Positions 15,917 through 25,454 of a stretch of 64,000 bases of DNA are shown in pieces. The stretch comes from a virus (taxonomy: Duplodnaviria > Caudoviricetes). Where the stretch lies: the IMG/VR virus record IMGVR_UViG_3300049982_000337, positions 11,097 to 75,096 of that record; one strand, written 5' to 3'. The position numbers were made by a program, and so were the translations under genes. Position 1 is the first letter of the stretch. Every line of letters begins with the position of its first letter. The notes under the pieces were generated by a model. The model did no database searches, was not told the origin of the DNA, and was given only the letters and a program-made list of their open reading frames with translations.

Positions 15917-17412
15917 GCACCGAAGTCGACCTCCGCCCCAAGCCGCCGGCCGAGAAGCAGCCCCCTGCCAACATCGAGCTCGAGCAGATGGTGCTCGGCT
16001 GCGTGCTCTACGACAACGAGGCCTATCACCGCTGCGACGGCCTGACCGCGGCCCACTTCTACGAGCCCTTCCACGGCCGGCTCTGGGACGCGATCGCCGC
16101 GCGCATCGGCAAGGGGAATGCGGCCGACCCCGTTCTGCTCGACGAGACGTTCAGGAACGATGCGGCCTACCAGGAGCTAGGCCACATCCGCTATACGGCC
16201 GACCTAGTCGACCGTGCGCCGCCGGCCGTCCACGCCGGTGACTACGCCTCAGAGATCATCGACATTTCCTTGCGCCGGAACCTTATCCGGGTCTGCGGAG
16301 AGGGAGCGGCCCAGGCCGACGAGGACCGTGACCACACCGGCCGGGAGATTGTCGGGGAGATCGAGCAACAGCTCTTCGCCCTGGGCGAGACCACCAACCG
16401 CCAGGGGTTCCGGTCCTTCAGCGACTATCTCACCGGCGCCATCGAAATGGCCGCCGAGGCGCACCAGCGCGACGGTTCGGTCTCGGGGATCTCCACCGGC
16501 CTGATGGACATCGACCAGAAGATCGGCGGGCTCCACCCCTCCGACCTCATCATCATCGCGGCGCGGCCGTCGATGGGGAAGACGTCGCTGGCCTGCAACA
16601 TCGCCTTCGATGTCGCCAAGCACTTCAAGTTCGAGGTCCAGCCGGACGGCTTGAAAAAGACCATCTCCGGGGGTGTGGTCGCCTTCTTCTCGATGGAGAT
16701 GTCCGGGGAGCAGCTGGCCATGCGCCTGCTGGCCGAGGCCTCGCGCGTCTCCGGCGACAAGATCCGCAAGGGGCAGATCGAGAAGCACGAGTTCGGGCAC
16801 ATCGTCGACGCCGCTGAGATGATCCGGTCGATCCCGCTGCACATCGATGCGACGGCCGGCCTGACCATCGGCCGGCTGGCCGCCCGGGCCCGGCGCCTGA
16901 AGCGCACCGGCGGCCTCGACCTGGTGGTCGTGGACTACCTCCAGCTCATGCGCGGCGACCGCACCTACCGGGGCGGGGAGCGCGTCCAGGAGGTCACCGA
17001 GATCACGGTCGGCCTGAAAGCCCTGGCCAAGGACCTCAATGTCCCGGTGGTCGCCCTGTCGCAGCTATCGCGCCAGGTCGAGAACCGCGAGGACAAGCGG
17101 CCCCAGCTCTCCGACCTGCGGGAATCCGGCTCCATCGAGCAGGACGCCGACATGGTGATGTTCCTCTATCGCGAGGAATACTACCTGAGCCGCACGGAAC
17201 CGCGCGACGGCACGCCTGAGCACATGAAGTGGCAGGACGAGATGCAGCGGTGTCGCGGCCAGGCCGACGCGATCATCGCCAAGCAGCGGCACGGGCCCAT
17301 CGGGACGGTCCGGCTGTCGTTTAACGCGGACACGACGAAGTTCGGGAATTCGGCCCGGCCGACCATCGACTTCACGCAAGCCACCTTCAGGAACCTGGGG
17401 GGCGCCGACTGA
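15913..17412 (+). CDS. dnaB: Replicative DNA helicase DnaB
   Basis: PPANIELEQMVLG, AARPSMGKT, VVVDYLQLM, LSQLSRQVENREDKRPQLSDLRESGSIEQDAD, KQRHGPIG. Confidence 0.98.
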   Translation: MSTEVDLRPKPPAEKQPPANIELEQMVLGCVLYDNEAYHRCDGLTAAHFYEPFHGRLWDAIAARIGKGNAADPVLLDETFRNDAAYQELGHIRYTADLVDRAPPAVHAGDYASEIIDISLRRNLIRVCGEGAAQADEDRDHTGREIVGEIEQQLFALGETTNRQGFRSFSDYLTGAIEMAAEAHQRDGSVSGISTGLMDIDQKIGGLHPSDLIIIAARPSMGKTSLACNIAFDVAKHFKFEVQPDGLKKTISGGVVAFFSMEMSGEQLAMRLLAEASRVSGDKIRKGQIEKHEFGHIVDAAEMIRSIPLHIDATAGLTIGRLAARARRLKRTGGLDLVVVDYLQLMRGDRTYRGGERVQEVTEITVGLKALAKDLNVPVVALSQLSRQVENREDKRPQLSDLRESGSIEQDADMVMFLYREEYYLSRTEPRDGTPEHMKWQDEMQRCRGQADAIIAKQRHGPIGTVRLSFNADTTKFGNSARPTIDFTQATFRNLGGAD

Positions 17413-18362
17413 TGAGCGCGCCTCCGTACATGAAGCTCTATATCGCCGACTACCTGGCCGACACGACCCACCTCAGCCGCGATGAGCATGGAGCATACCT
17501 GCTGCTGCTGATGGCCATGTGGCGCGCTGGCGGGAAGCTGCCGGCCGGCGACGACAAGCTGGCGAAACTCGCCCGCTGCAGCCCGAAAGAGTGGGTCGCC
17601 CTGAAGGATACCGTCCTGGTTTTCTTCAAACGGTCGGGCAGGAGCATCACCCACAAGCGCATCTCGAAGGAGATGGCCCACTATGAAGCTGTTTCGGAGC
17701 GCCGAAAGGAAGCCGGAAAACGAGGTGGATCGGAAACAGCAAGGAAAAACAACGACAAGGCCCAAGCAAATGCTGCAGCAAACGCGCGGCAATTGCCGAC
17801 AAAACCAGAACCAGAACTAGAACCAGAACTAGAACCAGAGAGAAGGGAAAAGAGCCCTTCTCTCTCCGCCGGCAAGCCGTCGAGAGCGAGCGCCCCGAAA
17901 CGAGGTCCGGAAGTCCAGATCCCTGACGGGTTCCCCGGCGCTCCGGACCAATCTCTGGCCGAAGGCTGGGTTGCCGCGGCCCGCGTGACCCTCAGCGTCG
18001 GCGAGCACGCCAAGCGCTTCCGGAACCACGCCGCGACCAACGACCGCCGGGTCAGGGACTGGCCGGCGGCCTGGCGCGCCTGGATCGACATCGAGATCGG
18101 CAAGGCGCCGGCGGTCGCCAACTCGGCGGCCGCTGCGCCCATGGCCTGGAACGGCCCGGCGGACGTCTGGGCCGCCGTCGCCGACGCCATGACCGAGCCT
18201 AAGGCCCGCAGCTATCTCGGCATCTGCACCTGGCAAGAGGTCCCGTTCCAGGCGGTGATCGCGCCGCAGGAATTCTGCGCCGAGCAGCTGACCAAGGGCG
18301 CTGGCCAGGCGCTGGCCGGCCGCGGTGTTCGGATCCTGGTCAAGGCGGGGAGGGCGGCTTGA
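17412..18362 (+). CDS. Phage replication initiator, YdaU/DUF1376 family
   Basis: PYMKLYIADYLADTTHLSRDEHGAYLLLLMAMW signature; PEPELEPE linker. Confidence 0.9.
   Translation: MSAPPYMKLYIADYLADTTHLSRDEHGAYLLLLMAMWRAGGKLPAGDDKLAKLARCSPKEWVALKDTVLVFFKRSGRSITHKRISKEMAHYEAVSERRKEAGKRGGSETARKNNDKAQANAAANARQLPTKPEPELEPELEPERREKSPSLSAGKPSRASAPKRGPEVQIPDGFPGAPDQSLAEGWVAAARVTLSVGEHAKRFRNHAATNDRRVRDWPAAWRAWIDIEIGKAPAVANSAAAAPMAWNGPADVWAAVADAMTEPKARSYLGICTWQEVPFQAVIAPQEFCAEQLTKGAGQALAGRGVRILVKAGRAA
17765..17839. repeat. Putative iterons and hexamer repeats inside the initiator gene (candidate origin)
   Basis: AGCAAATGCT, AGCAAACGCG and GGCAATTGCC at 11-12 bp spacing in an A-rich tract, then AGAACC/AGAACT tandem hexamers. 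Confidence 0.45.
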
Positions 18363-18748
18363 CCGATCAACCCGCCAACGTCCCGGCCAACCGGAACACC
18401 CTCATCGCGGAGCTCTACCGTCAGGGGGAGAAGCTGGAAGGCATCGGCGCTCGCTTCGGGATCACGCGCCAGCGCGTCCTGCAGATCGCCAAGGCTGAGG
18501 GCCAAATCCTTCGCGGCCACGCCCCTCCGAAGCCCCAGTTTCAAAGGATGGGCAGGCTTGGAAACGTCGATCTGGAGGCCCGGAACGTGGTGATCCTGAG
18601 CCTCTACGAGTTCGGCTTTCGGCCGTTGCACATCTGCGGGATCACCGGCCTTACCCGGGGCAAGGTCCAGGGTGTGCTCGACCGGTTCGCGCCGCTGCGC
18701 TGGCCGCGCGGGCACTTCGAGGCCGAAGCCGCTGGAGACCGACCATGA
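18359..18748 (+). CDS. Sigma70-region-4-like HTH protein
   Basis: LYRQGEKLEGIGARFGITRQRVLQI, plus a second HTH-like segment. Confidence 0.7.
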   Translation: MTDQPANVPANRNTLIAELYRQGEKLEGIGARFGITRQRVLQIAKAEGQILRGHAPPKPQFQRMGRLGNVDLEARNVVILSLYEFGFRPLHICGITGLTRGKVQGVLDRFAPLRWPRGHFEAEAAGDRP

Positions 18749-18957
18749 CCCCCAAGCGCGCCTGCCGCACCTGCTGGTTTTCCGGCATGGAGCCGAAGAC
18801 CGAGGCCGACGCATGGCGGCAGAACGGCGCCTTCCGCTGGACTTGCGTCCTCGACCGCAGGCCGAAGAAGCCACCCTACGTCTGCAACGGCCATGCGCCG
18901 GACCAGGAGCGGGCGCCGACCTACCGAGAGATCGAAGTTGCGAGGGCTTTCCGATGA
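18745..18957 (+). CDS. Cys-rich hypothetical protein
   Basis: CRTC...C...C; coupled ORF. Confidence 0.55.
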   Translation: MTPKRACRTCWFSGMEPKTEADAWRQNGAFRWTCVLDRRPKKPPYVCNGHAPDQERAPTYREIEVARAFR

Positions 18958-19151
18958 CGCCGGTCCAGATCTCCCGCGACTTCGCCGACGGCACATCCGA
19001 GACATGGAGTTGGCGGGCCGCGGTGCACTGGCGAGCTTACGTGATGGAGATGCTCCGCGGGGAATGCGTGAAGGGCAGAGCCGTCGCCATCGCGGTGAGG
19101 CTGCGGCTGTATAGCGGCCAACTCCTCGTGATCCGACCGAGGTCAAAATGA
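18954..19151 (+). CDS. Hypothetical protein
   Basis: ATGA overlaps at both ends. Confidence 0.5.
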   Translation: MTPVQISRDFADGTSETWSWRAAVHWRAYVMEMLRGECVKGRAVAIAVRLRLYSGQLLVIRPRSK

Positions 19152-19423
19152 ACCAGCGCCCTCGCTATCCCCGGACCGGCTGCATCGTCCCGTTCTGCCG
19201 GAAGACGTCGACGCTGTTCCCCGGTGAGTGGGTCTGCGCCGACCATTGGCGCCTGGTCGACCGCGCTCTGAAGCAGATCCGGGCCCGTCTGATTCGTCGG
19301 TTCAAGCGCCGTGGCTGGATCGACGACCGCCGGCGCTGGCCAGCGGTCAACCAAACCCTCGACGGCGTCTGGCGACGCATGAAACGCCAAGCCATCGAAC
19401 GAGCAGCAGGAGCGAGCGCATGA
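19148..19423 (+). CDS. Hypothetical Zn-binding phage protein
   Basis: CIVPFCRKT...WVCADHW motif. Confidence 0.6.
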   Translation: MNQRPRYPRTGCIVPFCRKTSTLFPGEWVCADHWRLVDRALKQIRARLIRRFKRRGWIDDRRRWPAVNQTLDGVWRRMKRQAIERAAGASA

Positions 19424-19833
19424 TGAGAATCAAAACGCTGCAAGGCGTCGTCTGGACGCTTGTCGGCCTCGTGCTCCTGGGCGTCTGCATCGGCCTCGCG
19501 ATCTTCGCGCCGGCCCGCGCCCAGGAAAACCTGATCCTGTGCGCCTCGCCTGGAATCACCGATGGCGACACCTTTCGTTGCGACGGCAACCTCAAGGTCC
19601 GGCTCTGGGGTATCCAGGCGCCCGAGCGCTCCGACCCAGGCGGTCCGGCCTCGACGCGGGCCCTGGCGGACATCACGCACGGCAGGACACTGGTCTGCCG
19701 GCGCCGCGGCAAGTCCTACGACCGCGTGGTCGCTCAATGTTGGATCGGTGACACCGACGTCGCCGGCGAGATGGTCCGCCGCGGCCAGGCCGTCGACTGG
19801 CCCGAGTTCAGCCGGGGCCACTACGCCCGATGA
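19420..19833 (+). CDS. Thermonuclease (SNase) family protein with an N-terminal signal/TM
   Basis: ITDGDTF, VRLWGIQAPE, SYDRVVA, EMVRRGQA. Confidence 0.9.
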   Translation: MMRIKTLQGVVWTLVGLVLLGVCIGLAIFAPARAQENLILCASPGITDGDTFRCDGNLKVRLWGIQAPERSDPGGPASTRALADITHGRTLVCRRRGKSYDRVVAQCWIGDTDVAGEMVRRGQAVDWPEFSRGHYAR

Positions 19834-20075
19834 TTGCCCTCTTCCTCCCGGCCGAAGGAGCCGACCTAGTGACCGAGTCCCGTCCCGATACCTCGCGGCT
19901 CGACGCCGCGGCCGACGCCTACGCCGAGGCCAAGCGTGATCTCGACGCCATGATGGCCGCTCCGTTCGAGCAATCGGCCTACGAGACGGCCATCACGAAC
20001 TGGCGGGCCGCCCTCGTCCGCCTGGAGCGGGCGGCCATGGCGCGTCCGAAACCCGAGCCGGAGATCGTGACGTGA
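19830..20075 (+). CDS. Hypothetical protein
   Basis: Coupled ORF. Confidence 0.5.
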   Translation: MIALFLPAEGADLVTESRPDTSRLDAAADAYAEAKRDLDAMMAAPFEQSAYETAITNWRAALVRLERAAMARPKPEPEIVT

Positions 20076-21247
20076 ACGCGACCGCAATGAGCCATCGGCC
20101 CTTCGTGCTCCGTGTCGGCGACCTCACCGTGGTCATGCCGACGGAAGGCCAGAGGCTGACCCGCTCCATGCTGGACGACCTCGCCTGCGCCTCAGTGCTC
20201 GACGCGGACGGCCGCGAGGGCCCGGCCCGCGAACTGATCGCCCAGCTCGAGCAACGCCTGGGCGTCCACCCCGCCCACCGGGAAGCGCTGGCCAAGACGC
20301 CCGAAGGCTTCCACGCCCGCCTTCGCGAGGAGAAGATGCGCCGCCGGCTGGACGAACATCGCCGCGTCGCCCAGATGAGCGCGCCCCTTCGTGACCCCGC
20401 CATCGTCGAAGCGATCGCGGCCAAGGAGCACCAGGCCCACGACAAGCGGGCCGAGGCGGCCTCGCTCCGCATCATCGGGCCGAAGATCCATCGCAAGGCG
20501 GCCAAGGCCCTGGAATCGCAGGCGCGCGCCCTCGACGAGCAGGCGGCCGAGCTGAAGGCGAAGGAGGCCGAGCAGGACCGGCTCTACGGCGAGGCCAAGG
20601 ACCCGATCCTCCGCGCCAAGATGCGAGGCGAGGAGATCGCCGCGGCCGACGTGGAGATGGCCGAGATCCTGACAGATGAATACGGCGCCCGGATCATCCA
20701 GCGCCGCGGGCCCGGGAGGGGGCTGCCGGCCATGAAGTACACCCGCGGCACCAGGGCGAAGAAGTTCACGGGCATCGAGCATGCCTATCTCAGCGGCCAT
20801 CTCAAGGGCGGGCCCGGGTCTCCGAGCGCCGAGAGCCTGCGGAACTTCGGGCTCAGCTGGGGCGAGGCCTTCGTGATCGTCTGCGGGCAAGCTGGCAAGG
20901 GCGAGGGTGGCGGAGGAGGCGGCTTCGGCCCCAAGGCGCCCCAGCCGCGCATGGTCGAGGCCGGCGAGGCCAGGAGCATCATGGCGGGCACGATCGCTCG
21001 GCCGGGGCTGGACCTTGTCCGCATGACCCAGCGCGAAGTCGACGTCCTGGACAACATCTGCGGCCGGGACATGATCCTGCGCGATCTGGCGCCGACCCGG
21101 GGCATGGTCCCAGCGCTCCAGCGCCGCCTGCGTCGCGCCCTCCGGATCGCGATGGCGAACATGAAGGCGGCCCAGGAGCGGGGGGAGGTCGGCAAGGCGG
21201 CGCGCCAGGTGATGGTGGCCGTCGAAGAGTTGGCGAAGGTGAGGTAG
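20072..21247 (+). CDS. Putative late-gene regulator (Q-position), hypothetical
   Basis: Last gene of the early-right operon; C-terminal HTH-like REVDVLDNICGRDMILRDLA. The function is inferred from position only. Confidence 0.5.
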   Translation: MNATAMSHRPFVLRVGDLTVVMPTEGQRLTRSMLDDLACASVLDADGREGPARELIAQLEQRLGVHPAHREALAKTPEGFHARLREEKMRRRLDEHRRVAQMSAPLRDPAIVEAIAAKEHQAHDKRAEAASLRIIGPKIHRKAAKALESQARALDEQAAELKAKEAEQDRLYGEAKDPILRAKMRGEEIAAADVEMAEILTDEYGARIIQRRGPGRGLPAMKYTRGTRAKKFTGIEHAYLSGHLKGGPGSPSAESLRNFGLSWGEAFVIVCGQAGKGEGGGGGGFGPKAPQPRMVEAGEARSIMAGTIARPGLDLVRMTQREVDVLDNICGRDMILRDLAPTRGMVPALQRRLRRALRIAMANMKAAQERGEVGKAARQVMVAVEELAKVR

Positions 21248-21362
21248 GCCCGAAGCTACGATCGCAGTGCCCGCGACACCGGGAAAGTCGTCGCGCGGCT
21301 CCGAATGACTTGCAGGCGCCCAAGTCTGCACGGTTAAGGTGCGCCCTCAAGGGGGACCGCAC

Positions 21363-22535
21363 ATGGCTAAAGCTGCCGCTTGGCTCGTACTGCCCATGGC
21401 AGGTGGGGGCGATCAAACATTTGCTGATCATGCCGCGCTGATCGCATGGATCGCAGAGGTGCGCAGCAGCTGGGCCCCTCTTCTTGGCAATGTGGGTCGG
21501 ATACGCGGTGTTGAGTTAGGACGGGACCGGCTGAATGGGACGCTGACGGCTATGGCTGGAGCAACTGACCCGGAAGCCATTCGAGGGTCGGTGATTTCGC
21601 AGTTTCCAAGTGGGTGCCCCTTTGCACCAAGCGACGCCGTCCGAGAGGCGATCCGCAAGCGATATTCTGCCGCTGGGACCGGGGCGGAAGGAACTGCGCT
21701 AGGCTCAATAATTTGGGCAGCCATGAAGCGGGCCCCAAACGTACCGCTCGACCTGGGCGAGGTGGGGCATCCCATCTGCTTGGAGACCATTGGCTTCGCA
21801 GCGGCAATCCGGGAAGTGGGGGCTCGCAACAACGGCGCGGTTTTGTCCGCTGCCATATCTAGAGCTTCGACCGATATAGCGGAGCTGCTGGCGGCCGGAA
21901 AGGAAGATGCGGCCGCTCAGAGCAAGGCCTTCGATGAGATGATGGATGAGAGCTTAAAAAAAATAGCCGCCGGCATCTCGAATTTGCACCAAACAATCGG
22001 TGCTGCCCGTGACGAACTCAACACCACTGAAGCTCGCTTTGCAGAAATCATGCGGATGAAGGCGCCTGTCGACTACTGGGCCGCCAAATCGGTGGATCAT
22101 AGGAAGTCCGTGCGGGTCTACCGATTTTGGCTCACCGGGCTGACCCTGATGTTTCTCCCGGTCCTAGGAGGCGTCTATTGGGGCGGTTGGCATGCGCTCG
22201 ATCGCTACACTACGACACATCCGGCCGCAGCAATCGGGATGACGCTCTATGTCGCCGGCTTCGTCGGTGCGGTTACGGCCGTGGGCCTTTGGTTCATCAG
22301 GATCGTTGTCCGCCTGTACATGAGCCAACACCACTTGATGGCTGATGCTGAGGAGCGCGCCTCCTTCCTCAGGACCTACCTCTCGCTTGCGGAGGGCGGG
22401 AATGTCAGCGAGACCGAACGCGCGTTGGTCCTAGCCTCGGTCTTCCGTCCAGTCCCCGACGGCCTTGTTCACGATGATGGAGCTCCGACGTTGTCACTCG
22501 CTTCGGTTTTCGCCGGCATGCTCGACAAGAAATAG
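21363..22535 (+). CDS. DUF6161-like coiled-coil membrane protein (moron)
   Basis: MKAPVDYWAAK..H, two TMs, RLYMSQHHLMADAEERASFLRTYLSL...LASVFRP. More AT-rich than the flanks. Confidence 0.75.
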   Translation: MAKAAAWLVLPMAGGGDQTFADHAALIAWIAEVRSSWAPLLGNVGRIRGVELGRDRLNGTLTAMAGATDPEAIRGSVISQFPSGCPFAPSDAVREAIRKRYSAAGTGAEGTALGSIIWAAMKRAPNVPLDLGEVGHPICLETIGFAAAIREVGARNNGAVLSAAISRASTDIAELLAAGKEDAAAQSKAFDEMMDESLKKIAAGISNLHQTIGAARDELNTTEARFAEIMRMKAPVDYWAAKSVDHRKSVRVYRFWLTGLTLMFLPVLGGVYWGGWHALDRYTTTHPAAAIGMTLYVAGFVGAVTAVGLWFIRIVVRLYMSQHHLMADAEERASFLRTYLSLAEGGNVSETERALVLASVFRPVPDGLVHDDGAPTLSLASVFAGMLDKK

Positions 22536-22539
22536 ATCG

Positions 22540-22770
22540 CTAGGTCGGTATGCCGCCCGGCGGCAGCGACCCCCGCAACATCATCGTCACCGCGCATTCC
22601 ACGGACCAGTGGATCCGCGTCCCGCGTTCATAGCGGCGGATGGTCTCGCCTGGGTCCTTGGCCTTGATCATCAGGGCGCGGCCCAGCTCGGCGCAGCGGA
22701 GCGGCCGGCCCTTGCCCCACATCTCGCCGAGCTTCCGCCGGGAGGCTCGCAGTTCAGCGGCTGTCATCAT
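22540..22770 (-). CDS. Stand-alone XRE-family HTH protein
   Basis: MMTAAELRASRRKLG...AELGRAL...TIRRYERG. Confidence 0.75.
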   Translation of the reverse strand: MMTAAELRASRRKLGEMWGKGRPLRCAELGRALMIKAKDPGETIRRYERGTRIHWSVECAVTMMLRGSLPPGGIPT

Positions 22771-23027
22771 GATCGACCCCCGATCTCTGTCACGACGATA
22801 CGACCGTTCGCAGAAAATTTGCAGCACCCCGAAACCAGGACACTGTCCGGGTTTTGCTCCCTAGTGCTTCTGACCAGATATTCGGCATATTTCAGCGGCT
22901 TGGCACGAGCGGCTAAGGCTAAAATCGTGCTTGGCGGAATGATGCTTGCGTGCGTATCAAGCATCCATGGTGCGTGATTCGCGCCCGACCACAGCCTGAA
23001 GCGCCGACAGATCCGAACTATCAGATC

Positions 23028-23054
23028 GCCCCGCCCGAAAGCGCGGGGCTTTTT
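23028..23054 (+). terminator. Intrinsic terminator upstream of the late genes
   Basis: GCCCCGC-loop-GCGGGGC followed by TTTTT. Confidence 0.75.
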
Positions 23055-23431
23055 CGTGCCCGGCCGCCCTCGTCGACCGCGCCACAACTTCCGAGGCCTG
23101 CCGATGGCCCGCGCAAGTATCCGCATCCGGGTCGAGATCGAGGCGGTTCAGGACGCGACAGACGATCTGGCGCGGGCGCATCAGAAGCTGGTCCGCCGGC
23201 ATGGCGCGGAGTTTCGCCTACTGGAGCGCGACATCAAGGGGGCATGGAGCGGCTCATCAGTTCGAAGCCGATCTGCCACGACCTCGGCGAAGGTTATCTA
23301 GTCATGACCTGCCCAGAGGAAGCTTCGGCTCTGCTGCTGAGGGCGCGACGCCTGGGCGTGATCTGATCCGCCCGCATCGGGCCGATCTCTCCAGGCCGGA
23401 AGGCGGAGAGCCCTCGCGATAGAGGTCCACC

Positions 23432-23713
23432 ATGCACAGCTCTCGATATTTCGGCTTCCACCTCGGTCTGGCTCTGATCAGCACCTTGGGCCACGCGTTC
23501 AACGCCGCGGTCACCGCCGTCTGCCGAACCCTCGACCTAGCCTTTCCGCCGCAGGCCGCGGCCGAGCGCCTGGCGCCCCAGACCGTCACCAGTTCTGAAG
23601 CCGTAGTCTACGGCGCCGGCAAAGCCCGCACCCGTTCGTTCCTCGGCCGCCTGGCCCAGCGCGACAACGAGCGACAGGCGTTCGGCGCCCTGGGCCTGAA
23701 CCCGGCCTTTTGA
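23432..23713 (+). CDS. Hypothetical protein
   Basis: AGAGG RBS; followed by a CGCCCCGGC/GCCGGGGCG hairpin. Confidence 0.55.
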   Translation: MHSSRYFGFHLGLALISTLGHAFNAAVTAVCRTLDLAFPPQAAAERLAPQTVTSSEAVVYGAGKARTRSFLGRLAQRDNERQAFGALGLNPAF

Positions 23714-23878
23714 TCGGCGCCATAGAGCGCTCAGACACCATTCGCCCCGGCCTCACCGCCGGGGCGTTTCCCCATCGCGCCCAGAGCAGCACTTCACCCG
23801 AAGGATGGCGAGCGACACCGGTGAACTCGACCGGCCGACCTCAGCTCATGGACAGAGGCCCGCATCTGCGGCGCGACC

Positions 23879-24322
23879 CTAACCGCCCCCCTTAAGTAGC
23901 AGGGCGATGATGGCGACTATGACGCCGCCCAGGCCGGTAACGGCCGAGAGCCACGCGATCTTCGTCTGGCTGGCCTCATGCTGCTCCCGCCTCAGTCGTG
24001 AACGCAAGTGTGCGATGGTCTCACGCGACAGCGCACCCCACCGGCTCTCGCCGTCGTGCCATGTGGCGTCGTCGGCGTAGTCCGGCGGCGGCAACATGAG
24101 GCGCTCGGTCTCCGCCAAGAGCCGGTTGCCCTGTAGCTTAGCGATGCCCACCACGTGGATTTCATCCTCGCTTTGACGCTCCCAACTGAGCGTCTCGACC
24201 TTGTGCGATCGGGGACCGTGCTGCACCTTCGCTGCATCGATCAGCCGGTCGTACATTTCTTCCGTCTTACGCCGCGCGAGCTGCAGCTTCCGCAGGCGCC
24301 ACCAGTAGATCAGCGCTTCCAT
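23879..24322 (-). CDS. Hypothetical protein with a C-terminal TM (antisense moron)
   Basis: Start at ATG 24322 after GGAGG; C-terminal WLSAVTGLGGVIVAIIALLL. Confidence 0.65.
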   Translation of the reverse strand: MEALIYWWRLRKLQLARRKTEEMYDRLIDAAKVQHGPRSHKVETLSWERQSEDEIHVVGIAKLQGNRLLAETERLMLPPPDYADDATWHDGESRWGALSRETIAHLRSRLRREQHEASQTKIAWLSAVTGLGGVIVAIIALLLKGGG

Positions 24323-24421
24323 TCGACCCTCCCTGCCGGTTGACGGTTGTTGCCGAGCTTCGTGCGGCGTCGGTCCTGATGCAACGGTCCCCTGGAGCGG
24401 GAGCCCCGGCCCGGAGGCCCT

Positions 24422-25006
24422 ATGAGTGACGGCCCATCGCACGATGCGCGGCTGACGATCCAGCAGGCCCAGCGCCTTAAGGGCCGCTTCGTCTATGGCT
24501 TGGCCGATGGCGATGGCATCTTCTACGTCGGCCAAACACGAAACCCGGCTCGGCGCTTCGAGGCTCATGGCGGGCGGCGCACGAACAACACCGCCCTACG
24601 CGACCGCCTTGGGGGCGCCGGAGCCGATCTCCGCGTCGTCATCCTTAGGCGCAACCCAGGGGACCTGAACGCTGCAGAGCGGGAGGAAATCCGCGCCCGC
24701 TCCGGCACCCTCGTCAATCTCGTCGGCGGCGATCATTGGTCGTGGGAGCGGCATAGGCGGATCCCGTGGGCGGCTGGCACCGGCATCTTCAGCCCCAGCG
24801 CCTATGCGATGACCAAGACGCCAAGGGAGCATAGATCGACGGTTCGGGCCGCGCTCGCGCTGTTGACCGACGCGGAGCGCTGCGTCGTCGAGGTCGGGCT
24901 GCTTCGTGATTTCCCGCCGCACCTCGCAAGCCGTTTCGATGGATGGCTCGAAACGACGCGCGAGAAGATGATCGCGTGCATGGAAGCCGCGTATGGGGCG
25001 GCCTAG
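24422..25006 (+). CDS. GIY-YIG nuclease family protein
   Basis: FVYGL...FYVGQT...RRFEAH...E..EI...LVN. Confidence 0.8.
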   Translation: MSDGPSHDARLTIQQAQRLKGRFVYGLADGDGIFYVGQTRNPARRFEAHGGRRTNNTALRDRLGGAGADLRVVILRRNPGDLNAAEREEIRARSGTLVNLVGGDHWSWERHRRIPWAAGTGIFSPSAYAMTKTPREHRSTVRAALALLTDAERCVVEVGLLRDFPPHLASRFDGWLETTREKMIACMEAAYGAA

Positions 25007-25454
25007 TAAGTTCACCGCGAAGATCGGCAGGGAGATTTGCGACCGCCTCTCAGAGGGCGAACCGCTTGCCCGCATCTGTCGCGATCCTCACATGCCTGCC
25101 GTTAGGACAGTAGGGGACTGGCGAGAGGTTCATCCCGCGTTTTCCGCTGACTTCGCGCGCGCACGCGACGACGGGTTCGACGCCATCGCGGCCGACTGCC
25201 TTCTGATCGCCGACACGCCCGAACTCGGCGTCGAGACGCTTACGAAGGGGACGGGGAAGAAGAAGGCCAAGGAGTTGCGAGAGGCCGATATGCTCGGTCA
25301 CCGAAAGCTCAAGATCGAGACGCGCCTAAAGCTGCTGGCCAGGTGGGACCCGCGTCGATACGGCGAGCGCCGTCAGGAGGAGGGCGGCATCAACGCCGCT
25401 GACGCCGCGGCTCAGATCCGCGAGATCCTGAAGGCGACCGAGGGCGACGGCTGA
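24993..25454 (+). CDS. terS: Terminase small subunit (Sf6-like)
   Basis: MGRPSKFT..IGREICDRLSEGEPLARICRDPHMP...TV..W; KLKIETRLKLLARWDPRRYG. Confidence 0.9.
   Translation: MGRPSKFTAKIGREICDRLSEGEPLARICRDPHMPAVRTVGDWREVHPAFSADFARARDDGFDAIAADCLLIADTPELGVETLTKGTGKKKAKELREADMLGHRKLKIETRLKLLARWDPRRYGERRQEEGGINAADAAAQIREILKATEGDG

Noticed and set aside
24330-24420. Possible hammerhead ribozyme (CTGATG)
   Set aside because: The core reads CTGATGC rather than CTGANGA, and there is no matching GAAA strand.
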